Part shown: in pieces, positions 21,588-31,134 of the stretch
Position numbering within the stretch: the stretch's first letter is position 1
Layout: every line of letters begins with the position of its first letter
Source of the DNA: Vulcanimicrobiota bacterium
Lineage (GTDB): Bacteria > Vulcanimicrobiota > Vulcanimicrobiia > Vulcanimicrobiales > Vulcanimicrobiaceae
Direction of reading: 5' to 3'
Assembly (NCBI GenBank): GCA_963786105.1
Contig: CAWAXX010000001.1
Span: 57,473 to 121,472, forward strand
Length of the DNA stretch: 64,000 bases
Notes under the pieces: model-generated
The model's database searches: none
The model's input: only the letters and a program-made list of their open reading frames with translations
What the model was told of the DNA's origin: nothing
Program-made: the position numbers and the translations under genes

Positions 21588-23699
21588 ATGATAAAGCCGT
21601 CAGTCCTCCCGGAACCCCCGGTCCCGGTCGTCGCTCTGGACGACCCGTCGCTCTACATCAGCCGTGAGTTGTCATGGGTCGAGTTCAACGACCGCGTGCT
21701 CGAGGAAGCGCTCGACGCCCACAATCCCCTCCTCGAGCGCCTAAAGTTCGTGGCGATCTACGGGACCAATCTCGACGAGTTTTTCATGATCCGGGTGGCG
21801 GCGATCAAGCAGCAGATCGAAGCGCAAGTCGTCCGTCGGTCGGACGACGGCCGCATGCCGGCCGAACATCTTTCCGCAATCTCCGACCGTCTGCGTACCT
21901 CGCTGCACACGCAGATGCGCCTGCTCAACGACGACCTTTTGCCCGCGTTGGAGCGCGAGGGCATTCGCTTGATGCGCGTTTCGGATCTCGACGACGAAAC
22001 GCAAGCCTCGCTTGAGCGGACGTTTGACGAGACCGTCTTTCCGGTCTTGACCCCGCTCGCGGTGGACAGCGGGCATCCGTTTCCGTACATTTCGAACCTG
22101 TCGTTGTCGCTGGCGGTCGAGCTCGAGGAAACGACGCACGACGGGATCGAACTGCACTTTGCGCGCGTCAAAATTCCTCCGACCCTGCCACGGTTCATCC
22201 CGCTGGAGGCGTCGCCGCCGGGCGAGCGACGGTTCATCCTGCTCGAGGATTTGATCGCCCATCACCTCGACGGGTTATTCCCCGGCATGCACGTGCGCGA
22301 TGCGTACCTCTTCCGGGTGACCCGCGATGCCGACTTGGATTTGCAGGAAGACGAAGCCGCCGATCTGCTGCGCGAGATCGAGTCGGAACTTCAGCGCCGC
22401 CGTTTCGGCGAGCCGGTTCGCATGGAGCTCGAACGCGGCATGCCCGAATACCTGCGCGATTTCCTCTGCGAGGCGCTCCATCTGACCGCGGTCGATTGTT
22501 ACGACGTCGAGGGGCTGATGGCGCTAAGCGATCTCTGGCAGATCGTGAACCTTCCCGACTACGATCATTTGCGCGAAAAGCCGTTCATGCCGGCCATCCC
22601 CAAGCGCCTGATCGGGGTCACCGAGATGTTTGCCGCCATTCGCGAAGGCGACATCGTGTTGCATCACCCGTACGAATCGTTCGACCCGGTCGTCCAGTTT
22701 CTGCAGCAGGCCGCCGATGACGAAAAGGTGCTGGCCATCAAGGCGACGCTGTACCGCACGTCCGGAAAGAATTCGCCGATTACGCGAGCGCTGCTCAAAG
22801 CGGCCGAGAACGAGAAGCAAGTCGCCGTCGTCATCGAGCTCAAAGCCCGATTCGACGAAGAGAATAACATCGAATGGGCGAGACGCCTGGAACGCGCCGG
22901 CGCCCACGTCGTGTACGGCTTCGCCAATCAAAAAGTCCACGCGAAGTCGCTGCTCGTCGTGCGCGAGGACGAAGACGGCTTGCGCCGTTACATGCATTTT
23001 GGCACCGGAAACTACAACGAGAAATCGGCGCGCCTCTATACCGACATCAGCCTTTTTACGTGCTTGCCCGAGCTCGGAGCCGACATCACGCAGCTCTTCA
23101 ACGCGCTAACGGGGTTTTCGAAGATCACCGACTACGAGGAGCTGTGGGTTGCTCCGGTTACGCTACGCCGCGAGCTCATTTCGATGATCGAGCGCGAAAC
23201 CGAGCACGCCAAGGCCGGCCGTTCGTCGGGCATTCGCGCGAAGCTCAACCATATTAGCGACGGCGAAGTCATTCGCACGCTGTATCGCGCGTCGCAGGCC
23301 GGCGTGTCGATCGATCTGCTCGTGCGCGGACAGTGCGTGCTGCGTCCGGGCGTCCCGGGGCTGAGCGAACGCATCCGGGTTCGCAGCATCGTGGGCCGGT
23401 TTTTGGAGCATTCGAGAATTTACGCGTTTGAAAACGGCGGCGATCGCGAAGTTTTCATCGCAAGCGCCGATTGGATGGGTCGCAATCTCGACGGTCGCGT
23501 CGAAATCGTGACCCCGGTGATCGACCCGATCGTTGCCGAAGCCATCGACGGACAAATCCTCAGCGTGCTGTTCGCCGACAACGTGAAGAGCCGCGAACTG
23601 ATGGAAAACGGCAGTTATCGGCGATGCGTACCCGGGCCCGGCGAGATGCCCATCGACGCGCAGCGCGTATTTCTCACCCAAGCCCAAACCATGGGGTAG
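21588..23699 (+). CDS. ppk1: Polyphosphate kinase 1
   Basis: RELSWVEFNDRVL, HPFPYISN, HHPYESF, ELKARFDEENN, GRFLEHSR. Confidence 0.97.
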   Translation: MIKPSVLPEPPVPVVALDDPSLYISRELSWVEFNDRVLEEALDAHNPLLERLKFVAIYGTNLDEFFMIRVAAIKQQIEAQVVRRSDDGRMPAEHLSAISDRLRTSLHTQMRLLNDDLLPALEREGIRLMRVSDLDDETQASLERTFDETVFPVLTPLAVDSGHPFPYISNLSLSLAVELEETTHDGIELHFARVKIPPTLPRFIPLEASPPGERRFILLEDLIAHHLDGLFPGMHVRDAYLFRVTRDADLDLQEDEAADLLREIESELQRRRFGEPVRMELERGMPEYLRDFLCEALHLTAVDCYDVEGLMALSDLWQIVNLPDYDHLREKPFMPAIPKRLIGVTEMFAAIREGDIVLHHPYESFDPVVQFLQQAADDEKVLAIKATLYRTSGKNSPITRALLKAAENEKQVAVVIELKARFDEENNIEWARRLERAGAHVVYGFANQKVHAKSLLVVREDEDGLRRYMHFGTGNYNEKSARLYTDISLFTCLPELGADITQLFNALTGFSKITDYEELWVAPVTLRRELISMIERETEHAKAGRSSGIRAKLNHISDGEVIRTLYRASQAGVSIDLLVRGQCVLRPGVPGLSERIRVRSIVGRFLEHSRIYAFENGGDREVFIASADWMGRNLDGRVEIVTPVIDPIVAEAIDGQILSVLFADNVKSRELMENGSYRRCVPGPGEMPIDAQRVFLTQAQTMG

Positions 23700-23801
23700 C
23701 GAAGCTTTCATTTGTTCCGGGGCTTCGTCGCCTTCGGGTCTCATTTAGCGTACTAAACTTCGACCCTCGGCTTCTCGCCCCGAAGCAAATGAAGGCTTCG
23801 C
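23699..23801. repeat. ~100-nt imperfect nested palindrome between convergent ppk1 and EVE genes
   Basis: Arms GCGAAGCTTTCATTTGTTCCGGGGC (23699-23723) and GCCCCGAAGCAAATGAAGGCTTCGC (23777-23801); inner stems GGGTC/GACCC and TTTAG-CGTA-CTAAA. Confidence 0.8.
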
Positions 23802-23805
23802 GAGT

Positions 23806-24267
23806 TTAGTCCCGAGCGAGTTCGAGGACGATGTTCCATTCGTGCGGCATGACCGGCTGGACCGACAGGCGCTGGCCGCGTTTGAGCAAGGCCATTCCGG
23901 TCAGGCGCGGCTCGGCGCGCATGCGAGCGAGCGTTACGGGATGCGGAAACGCTTCGGAAAAGGCGACGTCGACCATCATCCAGATCGGCTTATCGGGTTT
24001 GGCGCGTCCGTCGAAGTACTCGCCGCCGCGTTCGAATTGGGTAAAGTCCGGGTACGCGGCCTTGACGACGGTGCAAATGCCGACCGCAGCCGGCTCGGCG
24101 ATGCTGGAATGATAGAAGATGCCCAAGTCGCCGACGCGCATCTCCATCATGTTGTTGCGCGCCTGGAAATTTCGGACGCCCGTCCAGGGCGTCGTCCCGT
24201 CGCGCCGCAACTGCTCGAACGAAAAGGCGTGCGGCTCGGTCTTGAACAGCCAGTAGCGTGGAGGCAT
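23806..24267 (-). CDS. EVE domain protein
   Basis: YWLFKTEP, WTGVRNFQARN, FYHS, RLSVQPV. Confidence 0.93.
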   Translation of the reverse strand: MPPRYWLFKTEPHAFSFEQLRRDGTTPWTGVRNFQARNNMMEMRVGDLGIFYHSSIAEPAAVGICTVVKAAYPDFTQFERGGEYFDGRAKPDKPIWMMVDVAFSEAFPHPVTLARMRAEPRLTGMALLKRGQRLSVQPVMPHEWNIVLELARD

Positions 24268-24329
24268 CGGGTGGTGGCGGTTGGCGCCGTCGCGCGTTCG
24301 CTCCTGGGTGTGCTATGGTAGGTGGCGGC

Positions 24330-24818
24330 ATGCAGAAACGAGTGATCCGGGCGACCGAATCCGGTTGGGAGGGCGTGGCCGTCGAGGGCTATCGTCCGGG
24401 CGACGATGCCGTCAAGACCGGGGTTTCGCGCCACACGATCGTCGGCGGCCGGAAGACCGACGCGACGGAGCCCGGCCCGGCGATGGAACTTCGCTATTTC
24501 GAGTTGCAGCCCGGCGCCGCATCGCGGCTCGAGAAGCACGAGCACGAACACTACGTGATCGTACGCAACGGCGACGGGTACGCCATTCTCGGCGATCGCG
24601 CCACCGAAGTTGGCCCCGGAGACGTCGTCTACGTCGGCGCGCTGGAACTCCACCAGTTCGTCAACCGCGGCGACCGGCCGTTCGGTTTTTTCTGTCTCGT
24701 CGACGCCTGCCGCGATTTCTCGCAAGAGCCGACGGCAGACGACTTGGCGCGCTTAGCGGCGTCTCCGGCCGGTGCGGTTGCGAAACCGTTCGCCGTTCCG
24801 CCCCCGCGACGTCGCTAG
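24330..24818 (+). CDS. Cupin domain protein
   Basis: ELRYFE, EKHEHEH, HQFVN, FGFFCLVD. Confidence 0.85.
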   Translation: MQKRVIRATESGWEGVAVEGYRPGDDAVKTGVSRHTIVGGRKTDATEPGPAMELRYFELQPGAASRLEKHEHEHYVIVRNGDGYAILGDRATEVGPGDVVYVGALELHQFVNRGDRPFGFFCLVDACRDFSQEPTADDLARLAASPAGAVAKPFAVPPPRRR

Positions 24819-25672
24819 GCCGGCCCGGTAGCAATTGGGCGTGATGGATCGCTAATCCACTCGCTCCACGATCCGCCGTACAAACGCGCGCCTTCGATTC
24901 CGGCGTGGACCATCGCGAGTTGATTCGCGGCCGACGAAACGCCCGAGCCGCACTGATGCACGACTCGTTGCGGATCCAGCCGTTGCGCGGCGAACTCGGC
25001 GCGCAGCGTTTCGGGTGACTTGAGCGTTCCGTCATCGTTGAAGTTGCGCTTGAACCAGCGGTTGCCGGCGCCGGGAATATGGCCGGCGATTGGATCGACG
25101 GTTTCGTTCTGACCGGCAAACCGGTCTTCCGCTCGCGCATCGAGCAGTTGCATCGCCGGATCGCTCAAGTGGGCGAGCACGTAGGCAGTGTCGACCAGCA
25201 TTTCCGGATGCGGTCGCGCGGCGACGCTACCGTGGTGCCTCGGCGCTGATGAAGCCGCGGTCACCGGAAAGCCTTTTGCTCGCCACGCTGCGAAGCCGCC
25301 GTCCAAAACGGCGGTGGCCGTGTGACCGATCCATTGGCACAGAAACCACAATCGCGGCGCAAACATGTCCGCGCCGGCATCGTAGGCCACGATTTGCGTC
25401 GCGTCGTCGACGCCGAAGCCGCGCAAAAAGCGCGCGAACGCCTCCGGATCGGGCATCGGATGCCGGCCGTTGCTGCCGGTCTTGCGGCCGGCGAGGTCGT
25501 TCTCTACGTCGGCGAAAAATGCGCCGGGAACGTGCGCCTCATCATACAGGCGGCGTCCCAGCGCGAAGTCGGCCAGCGAGTGACGGCAATCGACCGTAAC
25601 GAACGCCGGGTCGTCCAGGTGCTCTCGAAGCACCTCGGGCGTCACCAGCGTGGTGAAGGTTGCGCCGCTCAA
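24815..25672 (-). CDS. Sulfurtransferase (tandem rhodanese, SseA-like)
   Basis: GRHPMP, LDAR, GHIPGA, CGSGVS, LYGGSWSEW. Confidence 0.93.
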   Translation of the reverse strand: MSGATFTTLVTPEVLREHLDDPAFVTVDCRHSLADFALGRRLYDEAHVPGAFFADVENDLAGRKTGSNGRHPMPDPEAFARFLRGFGVDDATQIVAYDAGADMFAPRLWFLCQWIGHTATAVLDGGFAAWRAKGFPVTAASSAPRHHGSVAARPHPEMLVDTAYVLAHLSDPAMQLLDARAEDRFAGQNETVDPIAGHIPGAGNRWFKRNFNDDGTLKSPETLRAEFAAQRLDPQRVVHQCGSGVSSAANQLAMVHAGIEGARLYGGSWSEWISDPSRPIATGPA

Positions 25673-26034
25673 TGGAGCTGTATGGTTTGCTTGGGCGTTG
25701 GCTCCGCGCCGCCGAAGACGTCCTTGAGCACGCGCTGCAACTCGCCGCTTTGCGCCATCGGTCCCAGGATGTCGGTATCGCCGTAAAACGCGCCGTTGAT
25801 GAAGACCTTCGGCAACGTCGGCCAGTCCGTCATCGCCGAAAGGGCTTCGCGCTTCGGCATGTTTTCCAACACGTCGATGACCTCGAACGGATAGCCCAAA
25901 CCGTCGAAGAACTGGATCGTCTCCAACGTGAAGCCGCAGCGCGGCGCGGTTTTCGTGCCCTTGCCGTAAACGAGGATAGTGTTTGCGGCAAGCTCCTGTG
26001 CGATCTGCTCGTCGACCTGTTGATTTTCCGGCAT
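25669..26034 (-). CDS. Monothiol glutaredoxin (Grx4-like, CGFT)
   Basis: KGT..APRCGFT, WPTLPKVFING. Confidence 0.88.
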   Translation of the reverse strand: MPENQQVDEQIAQELAANTILVYGKGTKTAPRCGFTLETIQFFDGLGYPFEVIDVLENMPKREALSAMTDWPTLPKVFINGAFYGDTDILGPMAQSGELQRVLKDVFGGAEPTPKQTIQLH

Positions 26035-26040
26035 GACGTT

Positions 26041-26280
26041 TTAATTCTCCGTAGGGATGACGGTCTTGAGTTCTACCGCGTGGACGCGACCGTCTTCGAG
26101 TGCAGCTTTGAGGGCTCCGTACACGAGCCGATGCTGTTGAATGGGGGTTTTGCCCTTGAATTCCATCGACCGCACCGTGAGATTGAAGTGATCCATCGTG
26201 CCGGTCCGATCGAAAATCTGCACGTCGGCATCCGGCAGCTGCGCGCGGATCAGGTTCGTCAAAGCTGTATCGTCGATCAT
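26041..26280 (-). CDS. BolA-family protein
   Basis: DHF.L.V.S.EF.GK..IQQHRLVY, VHAVELKT. Confidence 0.9.
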   Translation of the reverse strand: MIDDTALTNLIRAQLPDADVQIFDRTGTMDHFNLTVRSMEFKGKTPIQQHRLVYGALKAALEDGRVHAVELKTVIPTEN

Positions 26281-26531
26281 GACTTCAGACGCGGGGATCC
26301 GCCGCTTATCGCCTCTGCCAACCCGCGTGCTTCGCCGAGGGTTTCGGGCAACCGGTTCGCGCTCTGCCCCAACGCGTGGGTGATGCCGCTGGCGAGCACG
26401 ACGCCGCTGACGCCGATGAGAATGGCCGGCACGCCGGTGGCTCGCAACGGACCGATTTGAATCGTGAAGGTCTTCTGCAGGCGAGCGATTCCGCGAAGGA
26501 ACGCTGTCAGGGTGCCGGCTTTTTTATTCAT
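26277..26531 (-). CDS. Small hypothetical protein (84 aa), first gene of the bolA operon
   Basis: MNKKAGTL... with one hydrophobic segment; its stop overlaps the bolA start (ATGA). Confidence 0.55.
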   Translation of the reverse strand: MNKKAGTLTAFLRGIARLQKTFTIQIGPLRATGVPAILIGVSGVVLASGITHALGQSANRLPETLGEARGLAEAISGGSPRLKS

Positions 26532-26598
26532 GGGCGGCCCTTCTACGGCGTCGTGCGCGAGAAGGCCTGGCCCGCGACGCAAAGCGAAAGGCGGCGTT

Positions 26599-27609
26599 AT
26601 GCAAGCGATTCGGCTGCACGAAATAGGCGGCCCGGAAAACCTGCGGCTCGACGACGTGCCCGCGGCAAAGCCGGAGGCCGGAGAAGCGCTCGTTCGCATT
26701 CGCGCGGCGGCCTTCAACCGGCGCGACGTTTTCATTACGCAAGGACTCTATCCGGGAATCGTTCTTCCCAAAACGCTGGGATCGGACGGGGCCGGAGAGC
26801 TCGCGGCGCTCGGCCCGGAAACCACCTGTAGGGTCGACGCCGGCGAAGAAGTCGTTATCGATCCGATGCTGGGCTGGGGCGACGATGCGAGCGTTTGGGA
26901 CGCAAAGAATAGCAGCATTCTGGGAATGCCCCGCGACGGAACGTTCGCTCAATACGCCGTCGTCCCGGCCGTCAACGTGTACCGCAAGCCAACCGGTTTG
27001 TCGATGGACGAGGCGGCTTGCATTCCGCTTGCGGGCCTTACGGCGTATCGAGCGGTTTTCACGTGCGCTAAGCTCGTTCGGGGTGAGACGGTGCTCATTC
27101 CCGGCATTGGCGGCGGAGTGCAAACGTTCGTGCTACTCTTCGCCAAGCACGCCGGCGCCCGCGCGATCGTTACCTCCGCCAGCGATGAAAAACTGGAGCG
27201 CGCCAAAGCGCTCGGAGCCGACGTCACGCTCAACTATGCGACGATGCCGGATTGGCACAAACGCGCGCGCGCCGCGGGGCCGATCGACGTGGTCGTCGAC
27301 TCGTCGGGCGGCGAAACCCTCGCCAAGGCGCTCGATGCGGTCGCACCCGGCGGCCGCATCGTCATCTACGGTGGTACCAACGGCGAAGCGACGATCAAGT
27401 TGTTTCCGCTGTTTTGGAAGCACGTCACAATCTTGGGAACGTCGATGGGCAGCCCTGCGGACTTTGCCGATATGCTCTCCCTGGTCGAACGTGGCGGCCT
27501 CAGACCGGCCATCGATCGCGTGTACCCGATGAACGAAGCCGTCGCTGCCGCGAAGCGTATGGCTTCATCGAGTCAATTCGGGAAAGTCGCTCTGAGCATC
27601 GACGCCTAG
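26599..27609 (+). CDS. MDR-family (zinc-binding dehydrogenase / quinone oxidoreductase-like)
   Basis: LGSDGAG, LTAYRA, GIGGGV, ILGTSMG, QFGKV. Confidence 0.9.
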   Translation: MQAIRLHEIGGPENLRLDDVPAAKPEAGEALVRIRAAAFNRRDVFITQGLYPGIVLPKTLGSDGAGELAALGPETTCRVDAGEEVVIDPMLGWGDDASVWDAKNSSILGMPRDGTFAQYAVVPAVNVYRKPTGLSMDEAACIPLAGLTAYRAVFTCAKLVRGETVLIPGIGGGVQTFVLLFAKHAGARAIVTSASDEKLERAKALGADVTLNYATMPDWHKRARAAGPIDVVVDSSGGETLAKALDAVAPGGRIVIYGGTNGEATIKLFPLFWKHVTILGTSMGSPADFADMLSLVERGGLRPAIDRVYPMNEAVAAAKRMASSSQFGKVALSIDA

Positions 27610-28242
27610 CGTTCCTTTCTCGGGAGTTCCATCGCACGTGCCGAGGGGAGGTGGGGCGTCTTGATAGATCGCTCCCGCGTTTTCTACCGGCAAACCGCTG
27701 TCCGGGTACAGGACGGCTTGAACCTTCGCGTTCGGCGTCAAATGATTCTCGCACCAAATCACGGCATGAGACTTCGACGCTCGGTCTCCACCGATCCACA
27801 GGTCGAACCAAATCCCGGAACATCCGTTATGCCCGTGTCCTTTGCGCGGTCCCGAATGCGCGCAATCGTCTTCGCGAATGAAGTACTGCTTCAGAAACGG
27901 CACGTAGATCTTGATGCCGTACGGAATTTGGACGTCGTTCTTGCGTTCGGTTGCAAACGTCGTGGGATTGCAGTACGTACCGTCGCCAGATGCCACCTTA
28001 TGAATGACCGGGTGCGCGATCTTATTGCCCGGAGGGCTGTTGTCGGGCCAGCCGTAGAACGTGATCGTCGCCTCCACCGTCGTCGGATCGATCTTCGTCA
28101 CGTAGCACCCGAACGGCAACCCCGAAAGCCCGGCACCGCCGGATGTGCCGGACGGCAACGACGGCGCGTTCGGTTGCCCGCACGACGCCAGGATAGCCGC
28201 GAGCGCAAACGGCGCACCGAGGTTCGACCGACGCTTGGCCAT
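27565..28242 (-). CDS. Hypothetical lipoprotein (3D/DPBB-like, Cys-rich)
   Basis: LASC lipobox; TFYGWPDNSPP, GDGTYCNPTTFA, EDDC, DLWIGG; GGAGG RBS. Confidence 0.6.
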   Translation of the reverse strand: MAKRRSNLGAPFALAAILASCGQPNAPSLPSGTSGGAGLSGLPFGCYVTKIDPTTVEATITFYGWPDNSPPGNKIAHPVIHKVASGDGTYCNPTTFATERKNDVQIPYGIKIYVPFLKQYFIREDDCAHSGPRKGHGHNGCSGIWFDLWIGGDRASKSHAVIWCENHLTPNAKVQAVLYPDSGLPVENAGAIYQDAPPPLGTCDGTPEKGTLGVDAQSDFPELTR

Positions 28243-28279
28243 GACGGTACCTCCAATTCGTGTCGTCCGCGGCCCCAGC

Positions 28280-28780
28280 TTAAGGTGACACGCGGTCGAA
28301 CATGGTTTCGAGGCGATCGAAGCTTGCGGCTACACCCTTTTCCATGCCGGATTCGATGGCTTGGTCGCGGATCGCTCGTGAGTCGAACGACATCTTCATG
28401 GTGACCGTGGTCGTGCTCGCTAGCTCCTCGAAGGTCGTCGTAACCAAAGCGTCGCCGGGATACCAGGACTGATCGAAGCGCTCTGCGTGCACGATACGTT
28501 GCGGGCGCGCGACCTCGCGGTAGTCGCCGTTTAGTCCGAACTGTTTGTCTTCGCCGGCGTTATGCCACACATAGTGAAACGAGCCGCCGGCGCGCAGGTC
28601 GACATCGCAGACGAGCATCGACCAGCCGTCGGGGCCGAGGAGCCACCGTTGGATCAGCTCCGGCGTCGTGAATGCGTCGAAAACGCGTTCGCGCGTCGCG
28701 TCGAAGGTGCGCGTCATCACGATCTCGCGATCGGTCGGCGTGCTCACCTCGAGTCGGTGTTTTGGTTCGGCGTGATTCAT
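28280..28780 (-). CDS. SRPBCC/AHSA1-like protein
   Basis: DREIVMTRTFDA.RERVFDAFT.PEL, DLRAGG, SGMEKG. Confidence 0.9.
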   Translation of the reverse strand: MNHAEPKHRLEVSTPTDREIVMTRTFDATRERVFDAFTTPELIQRWLLGPDGWSMLVCDVDLRAGGSFHYVWHNAGEDKQFGLNGDYREVARPQRIVHAERFDQSWYPGDALVTTTFEELASTTTVTMKMSFDSRAIRDQAIESGMEKGVAASFDRLETMFDRVSP

Positions 28781-28783
28781 CGG

Positions 28784-29167
28784 CTATTTCCTCCGGTGCT
28801 TTGTTCGTTTCGTTTTTTTCACGTCCGCCAACTCGCCCAGCAGGGCATCGAGCCGCTGGAAGTTGCCTTCCCACAATCGGCGATAGCCCTCGAGCCAGCC
28901 GGTCGCTTCGGCGAGCGGCTTTGCTTCGATCCTCCTCGGGCGTCGCTGAGCATCTCGACCGCGCGATACCAGACCGGCCCGCTCGAGTACTTTGAGATGC
29001 TTAGAGATGGCCGGCTGGCTCATCGAAAACGGCGACGCGAGTTCGGTTACCGACGCGTCCCCGCTCGCCAGCCTCGCGAGAATGGCTCGCCGAGTCGGGT
29101 CGGCAAGCGCCATGAACGTTGCGTCGAGGCGGTCGGTCGAGATCTTTCCATAACTGAGTAGTTCCAT
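28784..29167 (-). CDS. ArsR/SmtB-family transcriptional regulator
   Basis: ALADPTRRAIL, SQPAISKHLKVLERAGLV. Confidence 0.92.
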   Translation of the reverse strand: MELLSYGKISTDRLDATFMALADPTRRAILARLASGDASVTELASPFSMSQPAISKHLKVLERAGLVSRGRDAQRRPRRIEAKPLAEATGWLEGYRRLWEGNFQRLDALLGELADVKKTKRTKHRRK

Positions 29168-29203
29168 AACCTTAGAGTAATATACACGGCTTGCCCGACG
29201 CCG

Positions 29204-30127
29204 TCAAGCGGTACTTTCGGTCAAACGGTACGCGTGGAGATCGTCGAGCCGGAGCGACGAGCCGAGTTCGGCCGCGATGACGGCGGCCTGCTCGCGCCCC
29301 ACCAGCGTTTCCAGGGGCGGATTGAGGATCCACATTTCCAGCTGCGTCATCGGGCGTTCGACCCGCCGTGCGGAAACGCGGCCCTCGTCTTCGAGCGCGA
29401 TGAGGTGCGCGAGCATCTGGCGCGCCATCGCCGGCATCAACTCGGGGCGGTCGTCACCGTAAACCCACAGGACGAGTTCGGGAATCGTTTGCTCGCCGTT
29501 GCGCGCTAACGCGTCGACGATTTCCGTTTCGCGCAAGCGGCGATGCGCGATGTATTCGGCGATCTTGGCTCGGGCGTCCTCAACGACCGGTCCGTGGCCG
29601 CCGTAAATCGTTCGTACGTCGCGAAATTCGTCCGCGAGTCGCTGCAGCGTTCGCTGGTACGGCCGCATCGCGCCGTGCGGCGGTGCGATCACGACCGTTC
29701 CCTCGCCGAGAATCACGTCGCCCGTGAAAAGCGCGCGCTCGCCAGGCAAGTAGAATACGACGTGGTCGAACGTGTGTCCGGGTGCGTCCATCGTACGCAG
29801 CGTCAGGTTGCCGACGCGAAAGTCTCCGTCGAGTTCGAGATCGGCGTCGTGCGGAATCGTGCTTGCCGGATGGGCGTACACCGGCGCGTTGCAAATCGAT
29901 GCCAGCAAAACGGCCGCCGGAGCGTGATCGGGATGTCCGTGGGTTATCGCGATGGCACGGATCGCCAGATTGCGCGCGCGCGCGGCTGCGACGAGATCTT
30001 CGACGTGACGCGCGATCGGCGGTCCCGGATCGATGACGAGTGCCTCGCCCCCGCAATCGACGATGTAGGAATTCGTACCGCTCAGCGTCATCGCGGACGG
30101 ATTGGGAGCTCTGACGAGCGTTACCAC
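29204..30127 (-). CDS. MBL-fold metallo-hydrolase (LACTB2-like)
   Basis: APNPSAMTLSGTNSY, THGHPDH, PGHT, FTGD, GHGP. Confidence 0.9.
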   Translation of the reverse strand: MVTLVRAPNPSAMTLSGTNSYIVDCGGEALVIDPGPPIARHVEDLVAAARARNLAIRAIAITHGHPDHAPAAVLLASICNAPVYAHPASTIPHDADLELDGDFRVGNLTLRTMDAPGHTFDHVVFYLPGERALFTGDVILGEGTVVIAPPHGAMRPYQRTLQRLADEFRDVRTIYGGHGPVVEDARAKIAEYIAHRRLRETEIVDALARNGEQTIPELVLWVYGDDRPELMPAMARQMLAHLIALEDEGRVSARRVERPMTQLEMWILNPPLETLVGREQAAVIAAELGSSLRLDDLHAYRLTESTA

Positions 30128-30939
30128 GCACGCTCCAATGCGGCCGGCATCGCGAAGCTGCCGTCCGGCGCCGACGCCGGCAGAATCGTCAGCACCGGCT
30201 TGCGGCGCGCAAACTCTTGCGCGTCCTCCAGCGATGCGAATTCCGCCAACCGTTCAAGATGCTTGATCGTCGGATAGACTAGGTGAAAGGCGCCTTCGCG
30301 ATAACGCTCGAGTGCGTCGCGCGGCGCGATCCAGACGCCTTCGTGGGTTTCGTACGCGTCCGCCAGGCCGGCTTGACCGGCGGGAGCCGTAGTAAAGAAG
30401 AAGTGCGTGTTAAAGCGGCGAGGTTCGCTGGGCGGCGTTATCCAGTGCGAGAAGAGCATCAGGTCCCGAGTATCGGCGAACCAATCCCGTCGCGTGAGGA
30501 ATTCCGCGAACGGCAGCTCGCCGCCGCCGACGCGTGCGCGCGCGGCTTGTACGTCCGGCGAACGCACGCTCGAAGCGTCCACCGGCGATCCGCCGCGCGA
30601 GCGGGCGATGAGAATGCCGGCCTCCTCAAACAGTTCGCGCAACGCCGCCACCAAAATCGCGCCGGCGGCGTCGTGCGCGACGGACGGTTCGCTGCAGGGA
30701 AGTTCGGACGGCGCGGTCGCTCGGAACTCCCGAGCTACCCGTTGCGGTTCTAATCCGAGCGTTCGTGCTAGTACTTCCGGGGAGAAATCTTGGCGGTCGA
30801 CCGTTCCGCCGGGGAAAACGAACGCATCCGCGGCAAATGCGCTGTTACGGCTGCGTCGCGTCATGTAGAGTTCGAATCCGCGGTTCGCCGGTCGCGCGAG
30901 AATGACGGTCGCCGCCAATCTGAGGCTGGAATCGGTCAC
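30121..30939 (-). CDS. NUDIX hydrolase (NUDT19-like)
   Basis: AATVIL, VFPGG, AALRELFEEAG, HWITP...RRFNTHFF. Confidence 0.88.
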   Translation of the reverse strand: MTDSSLRLAATVILARPANRGFELYMTRRSRNSAFAADAFVFPGGTVDRQDFSPEVLARTLGLEPQRVAREFRATAPSELPCSEPSVAHDAAGAILVAALRELFEEAGILIARSRGGSPVDASSVRSPDVQAARARVGGGELPFAEFLTRRDWFADTRDLMLFSHWITPPSEPRRFNTHFFFTTAPAGQAGLADAYETHEGVWIAPRDALERYREGAFHLVYPTIKHLERLAEFASLEDAQEFARRKPVLTILPASAPDGSFAMPAALERAW

Positions 30940-31134
30940 GGTAAGGCCGCGAGTTGTCGCTATCGGCGCGGCCGTCCTTTGCTGGGAAGTTGGGTCGCGC
31001 CCGCCTCGCAGCCCAAGTACGCGCGATGATCCAGGAGCTGCACGCTCGCTAGCCACTTCCCCGGTCCAATCCAAAGGCGGTGTTGAACCGTTATCTCCAG
31101 CGAATCGCCCCGTCACCTGATTCTTGGAGGAACA

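Noticed and set aside
23699..23801. SRP RNA or 6S RNA identity for the long hairpin
   Set aside because: It lacks the SRP domain IV GGAA-loop motif and is too short for 6S, with no central bubble.
29146..29185. TTCCATAAC direct repeat at the arsR start
   Set aside because: Most likely an ordinary autoregulatory site of an ArsR-SRPBCC unit; not novel.
30940..31134. Possible riboswitch in the NUDIX/secreted-protein intergenic region
   Set aside because: Only short stems; no recognisable aptamer consensus.
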